Shown here: positions 9,967 to 18,545 of the stretch, piece by piece
Numbering within the stretch: position 1 is the first letter of the stretch
Layout: each line of letters begins with the position of its first letter
Source of the DNA: Candidatus Saccharimonadota bacterium
GTDB taxonomy: Bacteria; Patescibacteriota; Saccharimonadia; UBA4664
Direction of reading: 5' to 3'
Length of the DNA: 64,000 nt
Assembly: GCA_019352195.1 (NCBI GenBank)
Contig: JACAFG010000002.1
Span: forward strand, 19,120-83,119
Program-made: the position numbers and the translations under genes
The notes under the pieces: model-generated
The model's database searches: none
Seen by the model: the letters and a program-made list of their open reading frames with translations, nothing else
What the model was told of the DNA's origin: nothing

Positions 9967-10634
9967 TTTTCTCATCTGCCGCTATGGCAGCCCTTTGACA
10001 CCAATCAAGAAACGTTGTTGCCCGACTGCGAGCTACGCAACCTGCGTGGTTTACAGTCGGGCAACACGCAGGTTGCCGACATTGAGATCGCGGTTCGGGA
10101 AGGCCACTGACTGGCCTCAGCTGCGATCCACCACCACCACTTCCACATTCGCCGGCGACTCGACGGGCGTCCCCGTCTACCGGGACACCGGTAGACGGGT
10201 GGCCGGCAGCGCGGCCAGCGGGTTCATGCCCGCGGCCGGCTGATCGGTCTCGCGGCCCAAAAGAATTACGCCTCCTTGGCGTAGCGAGCAAGCAATTCGT
10301 CGGTACTCAGATAAGCAGACAACTGGCCGCTAGGCTGGTCTGATGAACTACTGAGATACGAACGGCGATTTGATCTCGCGTTGTTTGAGCGTCCCTCAGG
10401 TCGGCGGACCTTACTCGCGGCTTGGCACAGTCGACGGTTGCATGACCGTTCATTGCCGGCTGGCTGGAATATAACGGACTCCTCTGAGAGCCATATTCCG
10501 GCCAGTCCCAAACTTCCGCCTCCGGGCGATTCGAAACGCTCGTTGATGAACGCATGTGGCGCTGATCTGGTCCGACGCCTCGGCCGTGGAGGATCGGGCC
10601 GACTAGGCTGCCGTTTGTTTGATCTCAACGAGTG

Positions 10635-10677
10635 CCGGACCGGAGCACACTCCCTGTGATGGGGTGCTCCGGTCCGG
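10635..10677 (+). terminator. long perfect hairpin (14-bp stem): first of two tandem terminator-like structures at the 3' end of the non-coding locus
   Basis: ccggaccggagcac-N15-gtgctccggtccgg. Confidence 0.5.
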
Positions 10678-10718
10678 ACTAGCTTCTTGATTGGTACGTT
10701 TGTACCTCGTTCACCCTC

Positions 10719-10748
10719 GCGGGACCATCTGGTCCCGCTTTTGCGTGT
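10719..10748 (+). terminator. intrinsic terminator (8-bp GC stem plus U-tract)
   Basis: gcgggacc-atct-ggtcccgc followed by ttttgcgtgttttg. Confidence 0.65.
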
Positions 10749-10784
10749 TTTGCGGCAATTATTTTAAAATGCTAGGCTTAGAGT

Positions 10785-11570
10785 ATGGAAATGCCTTCAT
10801 TGTTGAATCAACGTGCCGAAGAGATCTTAACGTTTATTGAGTCCTACCGGGCAGAATATGGTTGGGCGCGGGTCGTTGAGTTGGCGCGTGAGAAGTTTGT
10901 TGAAAATGAAGCTCAGCCGGCGCAGCAAGCCTTGGGCGATTTGCTGCTGCAGGCACGGACCTTGGCGCTGGTTCAAGGGCAGCTCGACGATGATCGGCAC
11001 GCCTTGCACTCGGGCCGGCTGAATCATGAGCAAGACATCAGCATCGGGCATCATTACGAGATGCTGCGCCAGGAAGCGTGTACCTACAACCATCAGTTGC
11101 GCGGTTTTATTGAATCGCACCGCGACAGCGTTGATAGGTATGACCTCACGAGATGGTTGGCGACGGCGAGCGGTGGCCGTCACGCTTGGGCTGAAAGCGA
11201 AATTACCGGGGCGGTGAGTGAAATTGCGCTTCATGCAGCACTGATGGGGTTGCCTGAGCTGGTAGATTTGCGCTACGGCAGCTTGGGTGAAGATTTGCAC
11301 GGCTATGACTTTGTGGCCACATGGCAGGGACGGCTGTTAACGGTTGACGCCAAAACCGGTTATTTTCACCCTTTGACCGAGGAAAAGCATGGTCATGAGC
11401 ATCTGGAAATTCATGTGCCGAGGGATGTAGTGCAGGGCTTTCGGCTAACGAGGAGCGGTTTAGACGATTTACGCCGCGATGTTCGCGGGGCGTTGCGGTT
11501 TAAAGTTGGTGTCGAGCCCCATGCTTCGCACAAGCACTACGCCTTTAAACCGATTGTCGCAACGGCGTAA
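10785..11570 (+). CDS. hypothetical protein (261 aa), no recognisable domain
   Basis: Long ORF with protein-like composition, flanked by GC-rich non-genic sequence on both sides. Confidence 0.5.
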   Translation: MEMPSLLNQRAEEILTFIESYRAEYGWARVVELAREKFVENEAQPAQQALGDLLLQARTLALVQGQLDDDRHALHSGRLNHEQDISIGHHYEMLRQEACTYNHQLRGFIESHRDSVDRYDLTRWLATASGGRHAWAESEITGAVSEIALHAALMGLPELVDLRYGSLGEDLHGYDFVATWQGRLLTVDAKTGYFHPLTEEKHGHEHLEIHVPRDVVQGFRLTRSGLDDLRRDVRGALRFKVGVEPHASHKHYAFKPIVATA

Positions 11571-11581
11571 CTCTTGGGCGG

Positions 11582-11821
11582 GTGCGCGGTTCGGTGCCCG
11601 CGTCTGAGCTGGGTGACCGGCTCCTGGGCCTGGCCCGGCTCCTCCAAACAGAGGTGGGAGTGCGGTTACCGGAGGCATTCACTAGCCTCATGATCACGGC
11701 TTCGTCGGCGGCCTTTCCCGACATCAGCCTCGAGCTCGTTCGGCCGGCCATAAGTGCCATCCGTGACTACCTCGAGGTCGCCAAGGCCGCCGTGTCAGCG
11801 GCACCAACGGTGACTGTCTGA
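11582..11821 (+). CDS. possible small protein (79 aa, GTG start) in a 62 % GC spacer; may be non-coding
   Basis: Amphipathic sequence, but no RBS and a GTG start 12 nt after the preceding stop. Confidence 0.2.
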   Translation: MRGSVPASELGDRLLGLARLLQTEVGVRLPEAFTSLMITASSAAFPDISLELVRPAISAIRDYLEVAKAAVSAAPTVTV

Positions 11822-11932
11822 TCTGGACGCAATCCGCATTTGAAGACCGTTTGGCTCCTCACCAGAGCCACAGCGCCCTCGGCTAACGCAGGGGGCGTCT
11901 TCATGCCATAATGGTTGTAACATGGAGGTGAA

Positions 11933-12991
11933 ATGCTCGATTCTAGTGAATTTATTGCTAAATATGATCAACACGATGCGCTCGGAGTGATTGCTGGTCA
12001 GCCCGATCAGCTTCTGCAGGCTTATGGGGAGCTCGACTTGCCATCGGCTGATGGTCTGAGCTCAATCGTACTCACTGGCATGGGCGGATCAGCGCTGGAT
12101 GCGGAATTTGTCAAAAACTGGCTGGGTGATCGACTGAAACTGCCGTTTGAGATTATTCGAGGCTACGAATTGCCGGCATTTGTTGGCAAAGACACGCTCG
12201 TGATTGCCTCAAGCTATTCGGGAAATACCGAGGAAACAGTTTCGGCGCTGGCTGACGCCGAGGCGCGTGGGGCCCGTATTATCGTTATCGCTTCAGGCGG
12301 GAAGCTAATTGAGGCTGCCAAAACGCGCGGTCATGCTCATGTTAGAACTCTGCCTGAAGGCCACCCTCATTTTGATTTGCCAGCTGGCCTGCAGCCGCGT
12401 TTAGCGGTTCTCTACGGCGTCAAAGCTTTGGTAAGCCTAATTGAGCACTTGGGACTGCTAACGGGCCTCTCCGACGAGCTACAGGCCGCTAGCGCATGGG
12501 TGAAGACCAAGCAACCGGCCTGGCAAGCAGCTAGCCCCATGGCCGACAATCCAGCTAAGCGGATTGCGACCGCTTTGCACGGGCACCCAGTGGTGGTTTA
12601 CGGCGGCCCCACGCTTAGTTTGCCGACGATGAAGTGGAAGATCGATATTAACGAAAATTCAAAGCAGCTGGCGTTTTATAACAACTTCTCGGAACTTGAT
12701 CATAACGAGTTTAATGGCTGGTCGCATCCAGTACCCAACAATTTTCGAGTGGTTGAACTGCGTAGTGACCTGGACCATCCGCAAATTCAGAAGCGGTTTG
12801 ATGTTACCAATAAGCTACTGGCTGATCGGTTTGCGCCTATAGAAGTGGTAGCCGATGGTGAAACCAAGCTGCAGCAGATGTTATACACGCTGCTGCTCGG
12901 AGATTATGTGAGTGCCTATTTGGCCTTTTTAAATGAGATTGATCCGACCCCCGTGGATCTGATTGAGGAACTCAAGCGCGAGTTGGCCTAA
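11933..12991 (+). CDS. bifunctional phosphoglucose/phosphomannose isomerase (archaeal-type, SIS domain)
   Basis: SIVLTGMGGSALDAEF and IASSYSGNTEET SIS motifs. ggaggtgaa RBS. 352 aa. Confidence 0.7.
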   Translation: MLDSSEFIAKYDQHDALGVIAGQPDQLLQAYGELDLPSADGLSSIVLTGMGGSALDAEFVKNWLGDRLKLPFEIIRGYELPAFVGKDTLVIASSYSGNTEETVSALADAEARGARIIVIASGGKLIEAAKTRGHAHVRTLPEGHPHFDLPAGLQPRLAVLYGVKALVSLIEHLGLLTGLSDELQAASAWVKTKQPAWQAASPMADNPAKRIATALHGHPVVVYGGPTLSLPTMKWKIDINENSKQLAFYNNFSELDHNEFNGWSHPVPNNFRVVELRSDLDHPQIQKRFDVTNKLLADRFAPIEVVADGETKLQQMLYTLLLGDYVSAYLAFLNEIDPTPVDLIEELKRELA

Positions 12992-13033
12992 ACTTGTCTG
13001 AGCTCGAATCCCACCGTATACTGATTTGGTCGC

Positions 13034-13123
13034 GGAGGGGTCGCATAGTGGCCTAGTGCGCTCGCTTGGAAAGCGAGTAAGGGGGCAACTCCTTCGAGAG
13101 TTCGAATCTCTCCCTCTCCGCCA
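13034..13123 (+). tRNA. tRNA-Ser (anticodon GGA), class II with long variable arm, CCA encoded
   Basis: Hand-folded: acceptor GGAGGGG/CCUCUCC (one G.U), D-stem gca/tgc, anticodon stem ctcgc/gcgag with loop ttGGAaa, variable stem-loop, T-arm gagag-ttcgaat-ctctc, discriminator G plus CCA. Confidence 0.8.
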
Positions 13124-13169
13124 GCAATTATTGCCGAAAATGCTGATCAAGAAGGCGTAAACTAGCAGT

Positions 13170-13343
13170 ATGCATGTCGTCGCCTTGTTGGTGCTAGTCA
13201 TACTGCTCGTCATTGGTGTGACGATTGTGGTGTTTTTATGTTTTAACGCTCGCTATAGGATTGGCTATGTGGGAATGCCGCAAGTAACGATGGTAGCGGT
13301 GGTGGTGGCTGGCAAAACTGACATAACGCCACTGGCGCCATGA
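13170..13343 (+). CDS. possible small hydrophobic membrane protein (57 aa)
   Basis: ATG ORF MHVVALLVLVILLVIGVTIVVFLCF... in the tRNA-to-msrB spacer. Below the 60-aa ORF-track cutoff. No clear RBS. Confidence 0.25.
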   Translation: MHVVALLVLVILLVIGVTIVVFLCFNARYRIGYVGMPQVTMVAVVVAGKTDITPLAP

Positions 13344-13586
13344 GAAACACTAACTAAATAGATTCCGGTTGCTACCACTAGGGCAACAACGGCCGCCAAG
13401 ATTGGGAGCCTGATGCCACCTCTTTTTATGAGCTTGAGCTTTATGCTTTACCATTGCGTCCTATACCACTTATGCTTGAACTATAGAAGGCTTTGAGATC
13501 AAAGTCTAGCAACTAGGCCGAATATTCACTGTGCTTTTTGTTGTCTTGCCAGATACGGTAAACTTGAATAAGTAAGGAGACGAGTT

Positions 13587-14021
13587 ATGGCAGACAACGA
13601 GAACTTGAAAGCCAAGCCGGATGCGTTTTGGCGTGAGAAACTAACACCCGAGCAATATCGGGTGATGCGCGAGCGGGGAACCGAGCGTCCTTATACCGAA
13701 ACTTATGCCGACAACACGTCAGCCGGCGTCTACAAGTGTGCTGCTTGTGGCAACGACTTATTTTCAAGTGACACTAAGTTTGAGAGTACTGCTCCGGGGC
13801 TAGCCGGCTGGCCGGCCTTTAGCGCCGAACTGAGTCAAGGAAAAGTTGAGCTCGTCGAAGATCGTTCTTTGGGTATGAGCCGCACCGAAATAACGTGTGG
13901 TCGGTGTGGTGCTCATTTGGGGCACCTGTTCACAGACGATCCCGCCTCGACCAATGGCATGCATTACTGCGTAAATTCGGTGGCGCTGGCGTTTGATCCT
14001 AAGGAGACCGGTAAGGCGTGA
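13587..14021 (+). CDS. msrB: peptide-methionine (R)-S-oxide reductase MsrB
   Basis: SelR fold with two CxxC zinc motifs (CAACGND..., CGRCGAHLGHLF). aaggagacgagtt RBS. Confidence 0.85.
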   Translation: MADNENLKAKPDAFWREKLTPEQYRVMRERGTERPYTETYADNTSAGVYKCAACGNDLFSSDTKFESTAPGLAGWPAFSAELSQGKVELVEDRSLGMSRTEITCGRCGAHLGHLFTDDPASTNGMHYCVNSVALAFDPKETGKA

Positions 14022-14329
14022 TGTATTCGGAGCTGGTTGAGGAAGCTCAGGCGGCTTATCCGCACATTGAAGCCGGCGAGATGTTTAGCATGGCGTGTTT
14101 GAAACTGGACGACAAAGTGCTGGGCGGCGATTGGCACGGCGATTTTGTGGTCAAATTAAGTGAGGATGGGGCTAAAAAAGCACTGGAAATTACCGGAGCG
14201 GTGCAATTTTCGCCCGCAACAGGGCACGTAATGAAGCAATGGATTGTGGTCCCGGCGGCCGTGAGCGATCGCTGGTTTAAGTTGCTCGAGCAAGCTGTCG
14301 AGTATCGGATGTCGCATGAATACAAGTAA
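14018..14329 (+). CDS. hypothetical protein, TfoX N-terminal-domain-like
   Basis: 103 aa. ATGA overlap with msrB. EMFSMACLKLDDKVLGG...VVKL pattern resembles the TfoX_N fold. Confidence 0.4.
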   Translation: MMYSELVEEAQAAYPHIEAGEMFSMACLKLDDKVLGGDWHGDFVVKLSEDGAKKALEITGAVQFSPATGHVMKQWIVVPAAVSDRWFKLLEQAVEYRMSHEYK

Positions 14330-15086
14330 ACCTTGGGCTTTAATTACGGGAGCATCAGGCGGTATTGGGCTTGAGCTCACTCGGCTGGAGGCGGCTGATG
14401 GTTATAATCTGTTGTTGGTCGCGCGTGATGGGGCCGGTTTATCCAAAGTAGCAGCTGATTTAGCGGCCCATGACCGCCAAATTGATGTACTGGCGGTGGA
14501 TTTGGGTTTGCCGGGTGCCGCGGCCAAGGTAGCCGCGTGGGTGGGTGAGCGTCCGGTGGAGCTGTTGATTAATAATGCTGGTTTTGCCACTCACGGGGCC
14601 GTAGCCGAGATGGATCAAGCTGAGCTAGCGAGCGAAATTGGGGTCAATGTAACTACGCTCACTGAATTGTCACGCTTGATGCTGCCGGGGATGTAGCTCC
14701 GAAAGCGGGGTAAAATTCTCAATTTGGCATCAACGGCCGGTTTTCTGCCGGGTCCAGTGATGGCGGTTTACTATGCTACGAAAGCCTACGTGTTGTCATT
14801 TTCAGTGGCGTTGGCGGATGAGGTTAAACCAGATGGTGTTACGGTAACGGTGTTGTGTCCCGGGCCAACAAGAACCGGCTTTGCGGCGCGTGCCCAGGTG
14901 GAATCGTCACGCTTATTTAGGGGGCATGTGATGGAGGCATCGGTGGTTGCCAAAGCCGGCTACGACGGGTTAAAAAACGGCAAAGTAATAGTGGTGCCGG
15001 GTATCGGCAACAAACTTAATACCTGGGGCATCCGGTTAGTGCCACGAGTGCTAGCGGCCAAAGTGGCGCGACGAGAGCAATCATGA
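14316..15086 (+). pseudogene. short-chain dehydrogenase/reductase (SDR) interrupted by a single in-frame TAG at 14694..14696
   Basis: ORFs 14316..14696 and 14724..15086 are in the same frame. Reading through gives ...[38 protein letters not shown], a canonical SDR core (TGASGGIG glycine loop, YxxxK). Confidence 0.6.
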
Positions 15087-15502
15087 AGGCCTGGATTGGG
15101 GTCGTGGCACGTAGTCATGTCGAGCAGGGAATTCGAGAAAAGATTGCCCAACTGGGGCACGGTACACGAGCGCCATTGGCGCGCCTCAGCCCAGGAGACT
15201 GGCTGATCTACTATTCGTCGCAGTCCGAATATCCCGATGGTGAGCCGGTGCAAGCCTTTACGGCGATCGGACGAGTGCCCGATGATGAAATTTATGAGCA
15301 GGTAACCGAAAGTGGTTTTCACCCGTTTCGACGTCGGGTTGAGTATGTGGAGGCGAAAGAGGCGCCGATTAAACCGTTGTTACCCTATCTGTCGTTTAGT
15401 CGCAACACGTCCAATTGGGGCATGGTGATGCGGCGGGGATTGGTGGAGATTACCATAGAGGATGTGAAGCTGATTGCTGAAGCCATGGGCGCGACAGTTT
15501 AA
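15083..15502 (+). CDS. EVE/PUA-like domain protein (putative modified-base reader)
   Basis: 139 aa. GDWLIYYSS...AIGRV core and C-terminal RRRVEYVEAKEAPIKPLLPYLSF resemble the EVE (PF01878) pattern. Confidence 0.4.
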   Translation: MKAWIGVVARSHVEQGIREKIAQLGHGTRAPLARLSPGDWLIYYSSQSEYPDGEPVQAFTAIGRVPDDEIYEQVTESGFHPFRRRVEYVEAKEAPIKPLLPYLSFSRNTSNWGMVMRRGLVEITIEDVKLIAEAMGATV

Positions 15503-15519
15503 CAATCGGAAGGCCCAAA

Positions 15520-15546
15520 AAACGAGCCATTATGGCTCGTTTTTTA
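15520..15546. terminator. intrinsic terminator (A-tract, hairpin, T-tract; potentially bidirectional)
   Basis: aaaaaacgagccat-tat-ggctcgttttttag. Confidence 0.7.
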
Positions 15547-15810
15547 GTTACCTGAAGGCTCAAATAATTGAGCACTCGGGTAGTGGCCTCATCGAGTCGC
15601 CTGAAGGCGGCCCAGTGAGGCTATCATCACTTTTCCCGGTGATGAACTGTCGGGTGGTGGGCCGGACTACTCGCCCATGAGGGCTAGCTCGCGCGAGGTG
15701 AAGAGGCCGTACCGACTGAGGTCGGTGTTATCTTGTGGTAGTTCTGCGGGGATCCCGATCGGATCGGGGTCGGTCTCTCCCCGGGGAAGCTCGAAGGCGA
15801 GCTCGCTGGA

Positions 15811-15845
15811 TTGACGCATGTGCCTGCACCGCATACACTGTATGC
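15811..15845 (+). promoter_or_regulatory. promoter (TTGACG, 17-nt spacer, TACACT) with an overlapping perfect palindrome operator for the vapBC-like operon; the transcript is predicted leaderless
   Basis: The -10 box lies 6 nt before the ATG. GCATACA-C-TGTATGC palindrome at 15831..15845 straddles the -10 box. Confidence 0.5.
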
Positions 15846-16097
15846 ATGACAAATATTCAATACACCATTCGTAATATTCCCCCCGCGTTGGATCAGGTGA
15901 TCCGTAAGCGCGCGCAGCAATCGGGCAAGTCGTTTAATAAGACGGTTGTCGATTTGTTGGTGCAACAGGCCTTTGGAACGAAGGAGGTGCCGGTTGATGA
16001 TAATTTTGATTGGTTATTCGGGGTTAATACACTTGATCCGTCGTTTGATGAAGCGATTGCGGAACAATCGAAGCCCGATCCAAAGATGTGGGCGTGA
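15846..16097 (+). CDS. type II antitoxin, VapB/ribbon-helix-helix-like (84 aa)
   Basis: Small acidic protein MTNIQYTIRNIPPALDQVIRKRAQQSGKSFNK... Overlaps the downstream PIN-domain gene by 10 nt. Confidence 0.6.
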   Translation: MTNIQYTIRNIPPALDQVIRKRAQQSGKSFNKTVVDLLVQQAFGTKEVPVDDNFDWLFGVNTLDPSFDEAIAEQSKPDPKMWA

Positions 16098-16483
16098 AAT
16101 ACGTTCTCGACACGAGTGCTTTCTCGGCGTTTAATCGGGGCGATGTGCGCTTGGAGCGGTATCTTAGGAGTGAACATGAGATTTTGGTGCCGCTGGTGGT
16201 AATAGCCGAGCTGCGGGCCGGGTTTGCGCTGGGGAGTCGGCGGGCGGAAAATGACCGAATTTTGGAACGGTTATTGAATTCGTCCAATGTAACGGTGGTG
16301 AGCTTAAACGACGAAACGGCTAACGTCTATGCCGATGTTTTTTTACGCCAACGCGAGGTAGGCCGGCCGGTGGGGGCGAATGATATGTGGATTGCGGCTT
16401 CCGCGATTGAGCGTGATTTACCTGTGCTGACGCTTGACCATGATTTTGATGGAATTGTCGGCCTGAAAGTAGTGGAATTGTGA
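16088..16483 (+). CDS. vapC: PIN-domain toxin VapC
   Basis: VLDTSA...D motif and ...ND.WIAA. 131 aa. GTG start overlapping the antitoxin stop. Confidence 0.7.
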   Translation: MGVKYVLDTSAFSAFNRGDVRLERYLRSEHEILVPLVVIAELRAGFALGSRRAENDRILERLLNSSNVTVVSLNDETANVYADVFLRQREVGRPVGANDMWIAASAIERDLPVLTLDHDFDGIVGLKVVEL

Positions 16484-17184
16484 GCGTGACGGCGGTTCAA
16501 GATGAGCTACGTGAGCAAGGCTCACCTCAAAAGGCCCTTGGTTCGGGCGTGTTCTTTAAAACTGGGCCAGGCCAATATGGTGAGGGCGACGTGTTTTTGG
16601 GGGTGACGGTGCCGGAGCAGCGGATTATCGCAAAACGCCATCTGGATTTGAGTGTGAATCAGGTAGAAGAGCTGCTGCAATCCCCGGAGCACGAATTTCG
16701 GATGATGGCGCTGCTCATTTGGACATATCAGTTTGCTAGAGGCGACCTTAGCCAACGTAAAGCAATTTATGACGCTTATCTGGAAAATACGCGCTGGATT
16801 AATAATTGGGATCTGGTCGATGCCAGTGCCGAAATTGTCGGCCAATACATTGAGACCCATGAACGCACGATATTGGACAAGCTGGCCAGGTCGGGCGATA
16901 TCTGGGAGCGGCGGATTGCCATTGTGGCGCCATATTGGTTGATCAAGCAGGGTCAACCTGAGGATACGCTACGGATTGCGGCTCTATTACTGCACGATAA
17001 GCATGATCTTATCCACAAAGCCACCGGCTGGATGCTGCGCGAAGTGGGCAAACGTTGTTCGCAGGCGGTAGAGGAGGGATTTTTACGTGAGCATTACCAC
17101 ACTATGCCGCGGACGATGCTGCGCTACGCCATTGAACGATTTGAGCCGGAACTGAAGCGGGCCTACATGACAGGCGCCGTATGA
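16480..17184 (+). CDS. DNA alkylation repair protein (AlkD/AlkC-like HEAT-repeat glycosylase family)
   Basis: FFKTGPGQYGEGDVFLGVTVPEQR signature of PF08713. 234 aa. ATGA overlap with vapC. Confidence 0.65.
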   Translation: MSVTAVQDELREQGSPQKALGSGVFFKTGPGQYGEGDVFLGVTVPEQRIIAKRHLDLSVNQVEELLQSPEHEFRMMALLIWTYQFARGDLSQRKAIYDAYLENTRWINNWDLVDASAEIVGQYIETHERTILDKLARSGDIWERRIAIVAPYWLIKQGQPEDTLRIAALLLHDKHDLIHKATGWMLREVGKRCSQAVEEGFLREHYHTMPRTMLRYAIERFEPELKRAYMTGAV

Positions 17185-17576
17185 GCATGCGTCCAGCGGC
17201 GTTTGCCATTATTGTGCGGGGCCGAAAAATATTGATGGTACGGCTCGGGTACTACTCTCATTTCGCCGGCCGATGGAATTTTCCAGGCGGCTTTGTTGAT
17301 TGGAGCGAATCAATGGCGCGAACGGCTATTCGTGAAGTGCGAGAGGAAACGGGGCTTGAGCTGATAATAGAGCGGTCGTTTTGGCGCGGTCATGAATCAG
17401 CTAGTCAGCGATCAGTGGAGATGTTCGTGGGACAAGCAGTCGGCAATCTGAAGCTGCAGGCCTCAGAGATCGATGAGGCGGCGTGGTTTGAAATTGATGA
17501 TGCCATTGCGCTAGATCTAGCGTATCGGTGTAAGGACCGCTTGATGGAGCTCAAAGCCGAACGGGAGACAGCATGA
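17181..17576 (+). CDS. NUDIX hydrolase
   Basis: Nudix box GGFVDWSESMARTAIREVREETGL. Confidence 0.75.
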   Translation: MSMRPAAFAIIVRGRKILMVRLGYYSHFAGRWNFPGGFVDWSESMARTAIREVREETGLELIIERSFWRGHESASQRSVEMFVGQAVGNLKLQASEIDEAAWFEIDDAIALDLAYRCKDRLMELKAERETA

Positions 17577-17908
17577 TAAACGTCGCTGAATATTGCTTGG
17601 AAAAGCTGGGGGCTGAAGAAACCTATCCGTTTGATGCCACTACTACCGTTATGAAGGTGCACGGGAAGATGTTTGCTCTCATGGCGGCGGTCGAAAATCC
17701 GCCGAGTATCAATCTTAAATGCGATCCCACGCGATCGATATTGCTGCGGCAGGAGTATCCCGAGATTGCGGCGGGGTATCACATGAATAAGGTACATTGG
17801 AATACCCTAGATCTCACGGGTAACTTGCCCGATGCACTGGTTCGTGAACTTATTGATCATTCGTACGATCTCGTGGCCAAGACGAAACCAGCCAAAAATC
17901 CGGAATAA
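17573..17908 (+). CDS. MmcQ/YjbR-family DNA-binding protein
   Basis: KMFALM...INLKCDP...GYHMNKVHWNTL...SYDLV matches the PF04237 pattern. Confidence 0.65.
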   Translation: MINVAEYCLEKLGAEETYPFDATTTVMKVHGKMFALMAAVENPPSINLKCDPTRSILLRQEYPEIAAGYHMNKVHWNTLDLTGNLPDALVRELIDHSYDLVAKTKPAKNPE

Positions 17909-17998
17909 TTAGCTGTTATAAGCGAAAACCCCGCTGGCCGGTGAAGGCGAGCGGGGTGTCCGATGTGGCGGTCCATCGGAAGGGAGCGGCGGCGTTTG

Positions 17999-18433
17999 TT
18001 AGTTTGAAGCGGTTGAAGTCTGCGGTGGTACCGACACAGTAGTACTGCTGGTGGCTGGTGACTCGCCGGCGCTGCAGACCTTTGGAACCATTACTGTGGT
18101 CCCAATTGGCAGAATGGTAGCATCGTCACCGGCAAAGCCGTTGCGCAGACGAACCAATTGGGCCCAGCTGCTGGTACTGTCAGAACGACTCCAATCGAAG
18201 CCGGCTTCGCCAACTTCGGCTGGTTGCATGCCGGTCACGAAGTTGATCCAGCTGACCGGTTGGCCGTTGACTTTGATTGGGCCGTTGCAGGCGTACACTG
18301 CCTCCTGCTTTCCAACCGAACTGGTGTCAGGAGAGCAGGCCGACAATCCCAGGGTGAGACTGACGGCTGCGGCCGCTGCCAGGATGAAGCGGACGAAGGG
18401 ACGGTGGGCGGGTCGTGCGGGGGCGATTCTCAT
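17999..18433 (-). CDS. putative secreted lipoprotein
   Basis: Likely start at M48 of the 191-aa six-frame ORF: MRIAPARPAHRPFVRFILAAAAAVSLTLGLSAC with an LSAC lipobox. Confidence 0.45.
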   Translation of the reverse strand: MRIAPARPAHRPFVRFILAAAAAVSLTLGLSACSPDTSSVGKQEAVYACNGPIKVNGQPVSWINFVTGMQPAEVGEAGFDWSRSDSTSSWAQLVRLRNGFAGDDATILPIGTTVMVPKVCSAGESPATSSTTVSVPPQTSTASN

Positions 18434-18545
18434 CGCGGGGCTCCAAGTTGTGGGGTGCGGAATGTACCTTGCTGAGCCTGTGACGGGTGTCGCAGGCTCA
18501 GTGGGGTGCCGGAGATATCGCTCTCCGGCAGGCGTCGAACGCTTA

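Larger units (their letters stand above)
8902..10750 (+). ncRNA. candidate large structured non-coding RNA(s) in a GC-rich region devoid of ORFs; family unknown
   Basis: No credible ORF on either strand; all ORFs of 60-123 aa are Arg/Cys/Trp-rich noise. Two promoters (8866..8895, 9938..9966). Perfect hairpins at 8961..9007 (11 bp), 9841..9876 (10+4 bp with GNRA-like loop), 10017..10065 (12 bp) and 10172..10199 (12 bp). Tandem terminators at 10635..10677 and 10719..10748. Confidence 0.35.

Noticed and set aside
8850-10780. tmRNA, RNase P RNA, group II intron or CRISPR array as the identity of the non-coding locus
   Set aside because: There is no ANDENYALAA-type tag frame or tRNA-like 3' end, no RNase P or domain V conserved boxes, and no direct repeats with spacers or adjacent cas/RT genes.
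12929-13213. 94-aa minus-strand ORF
   Set aside because: It overlaps the well-folded tRNA-Ser and the PGI 3' end.
14694-14696. Global reassignment of TAG to a sense codon
   Set aside because: dnaG, purF, pnp, ftsK, the TrmB-family gene and others terminate with TAG exactly at their expected C-termini, so TAG is a functional stop codon here.
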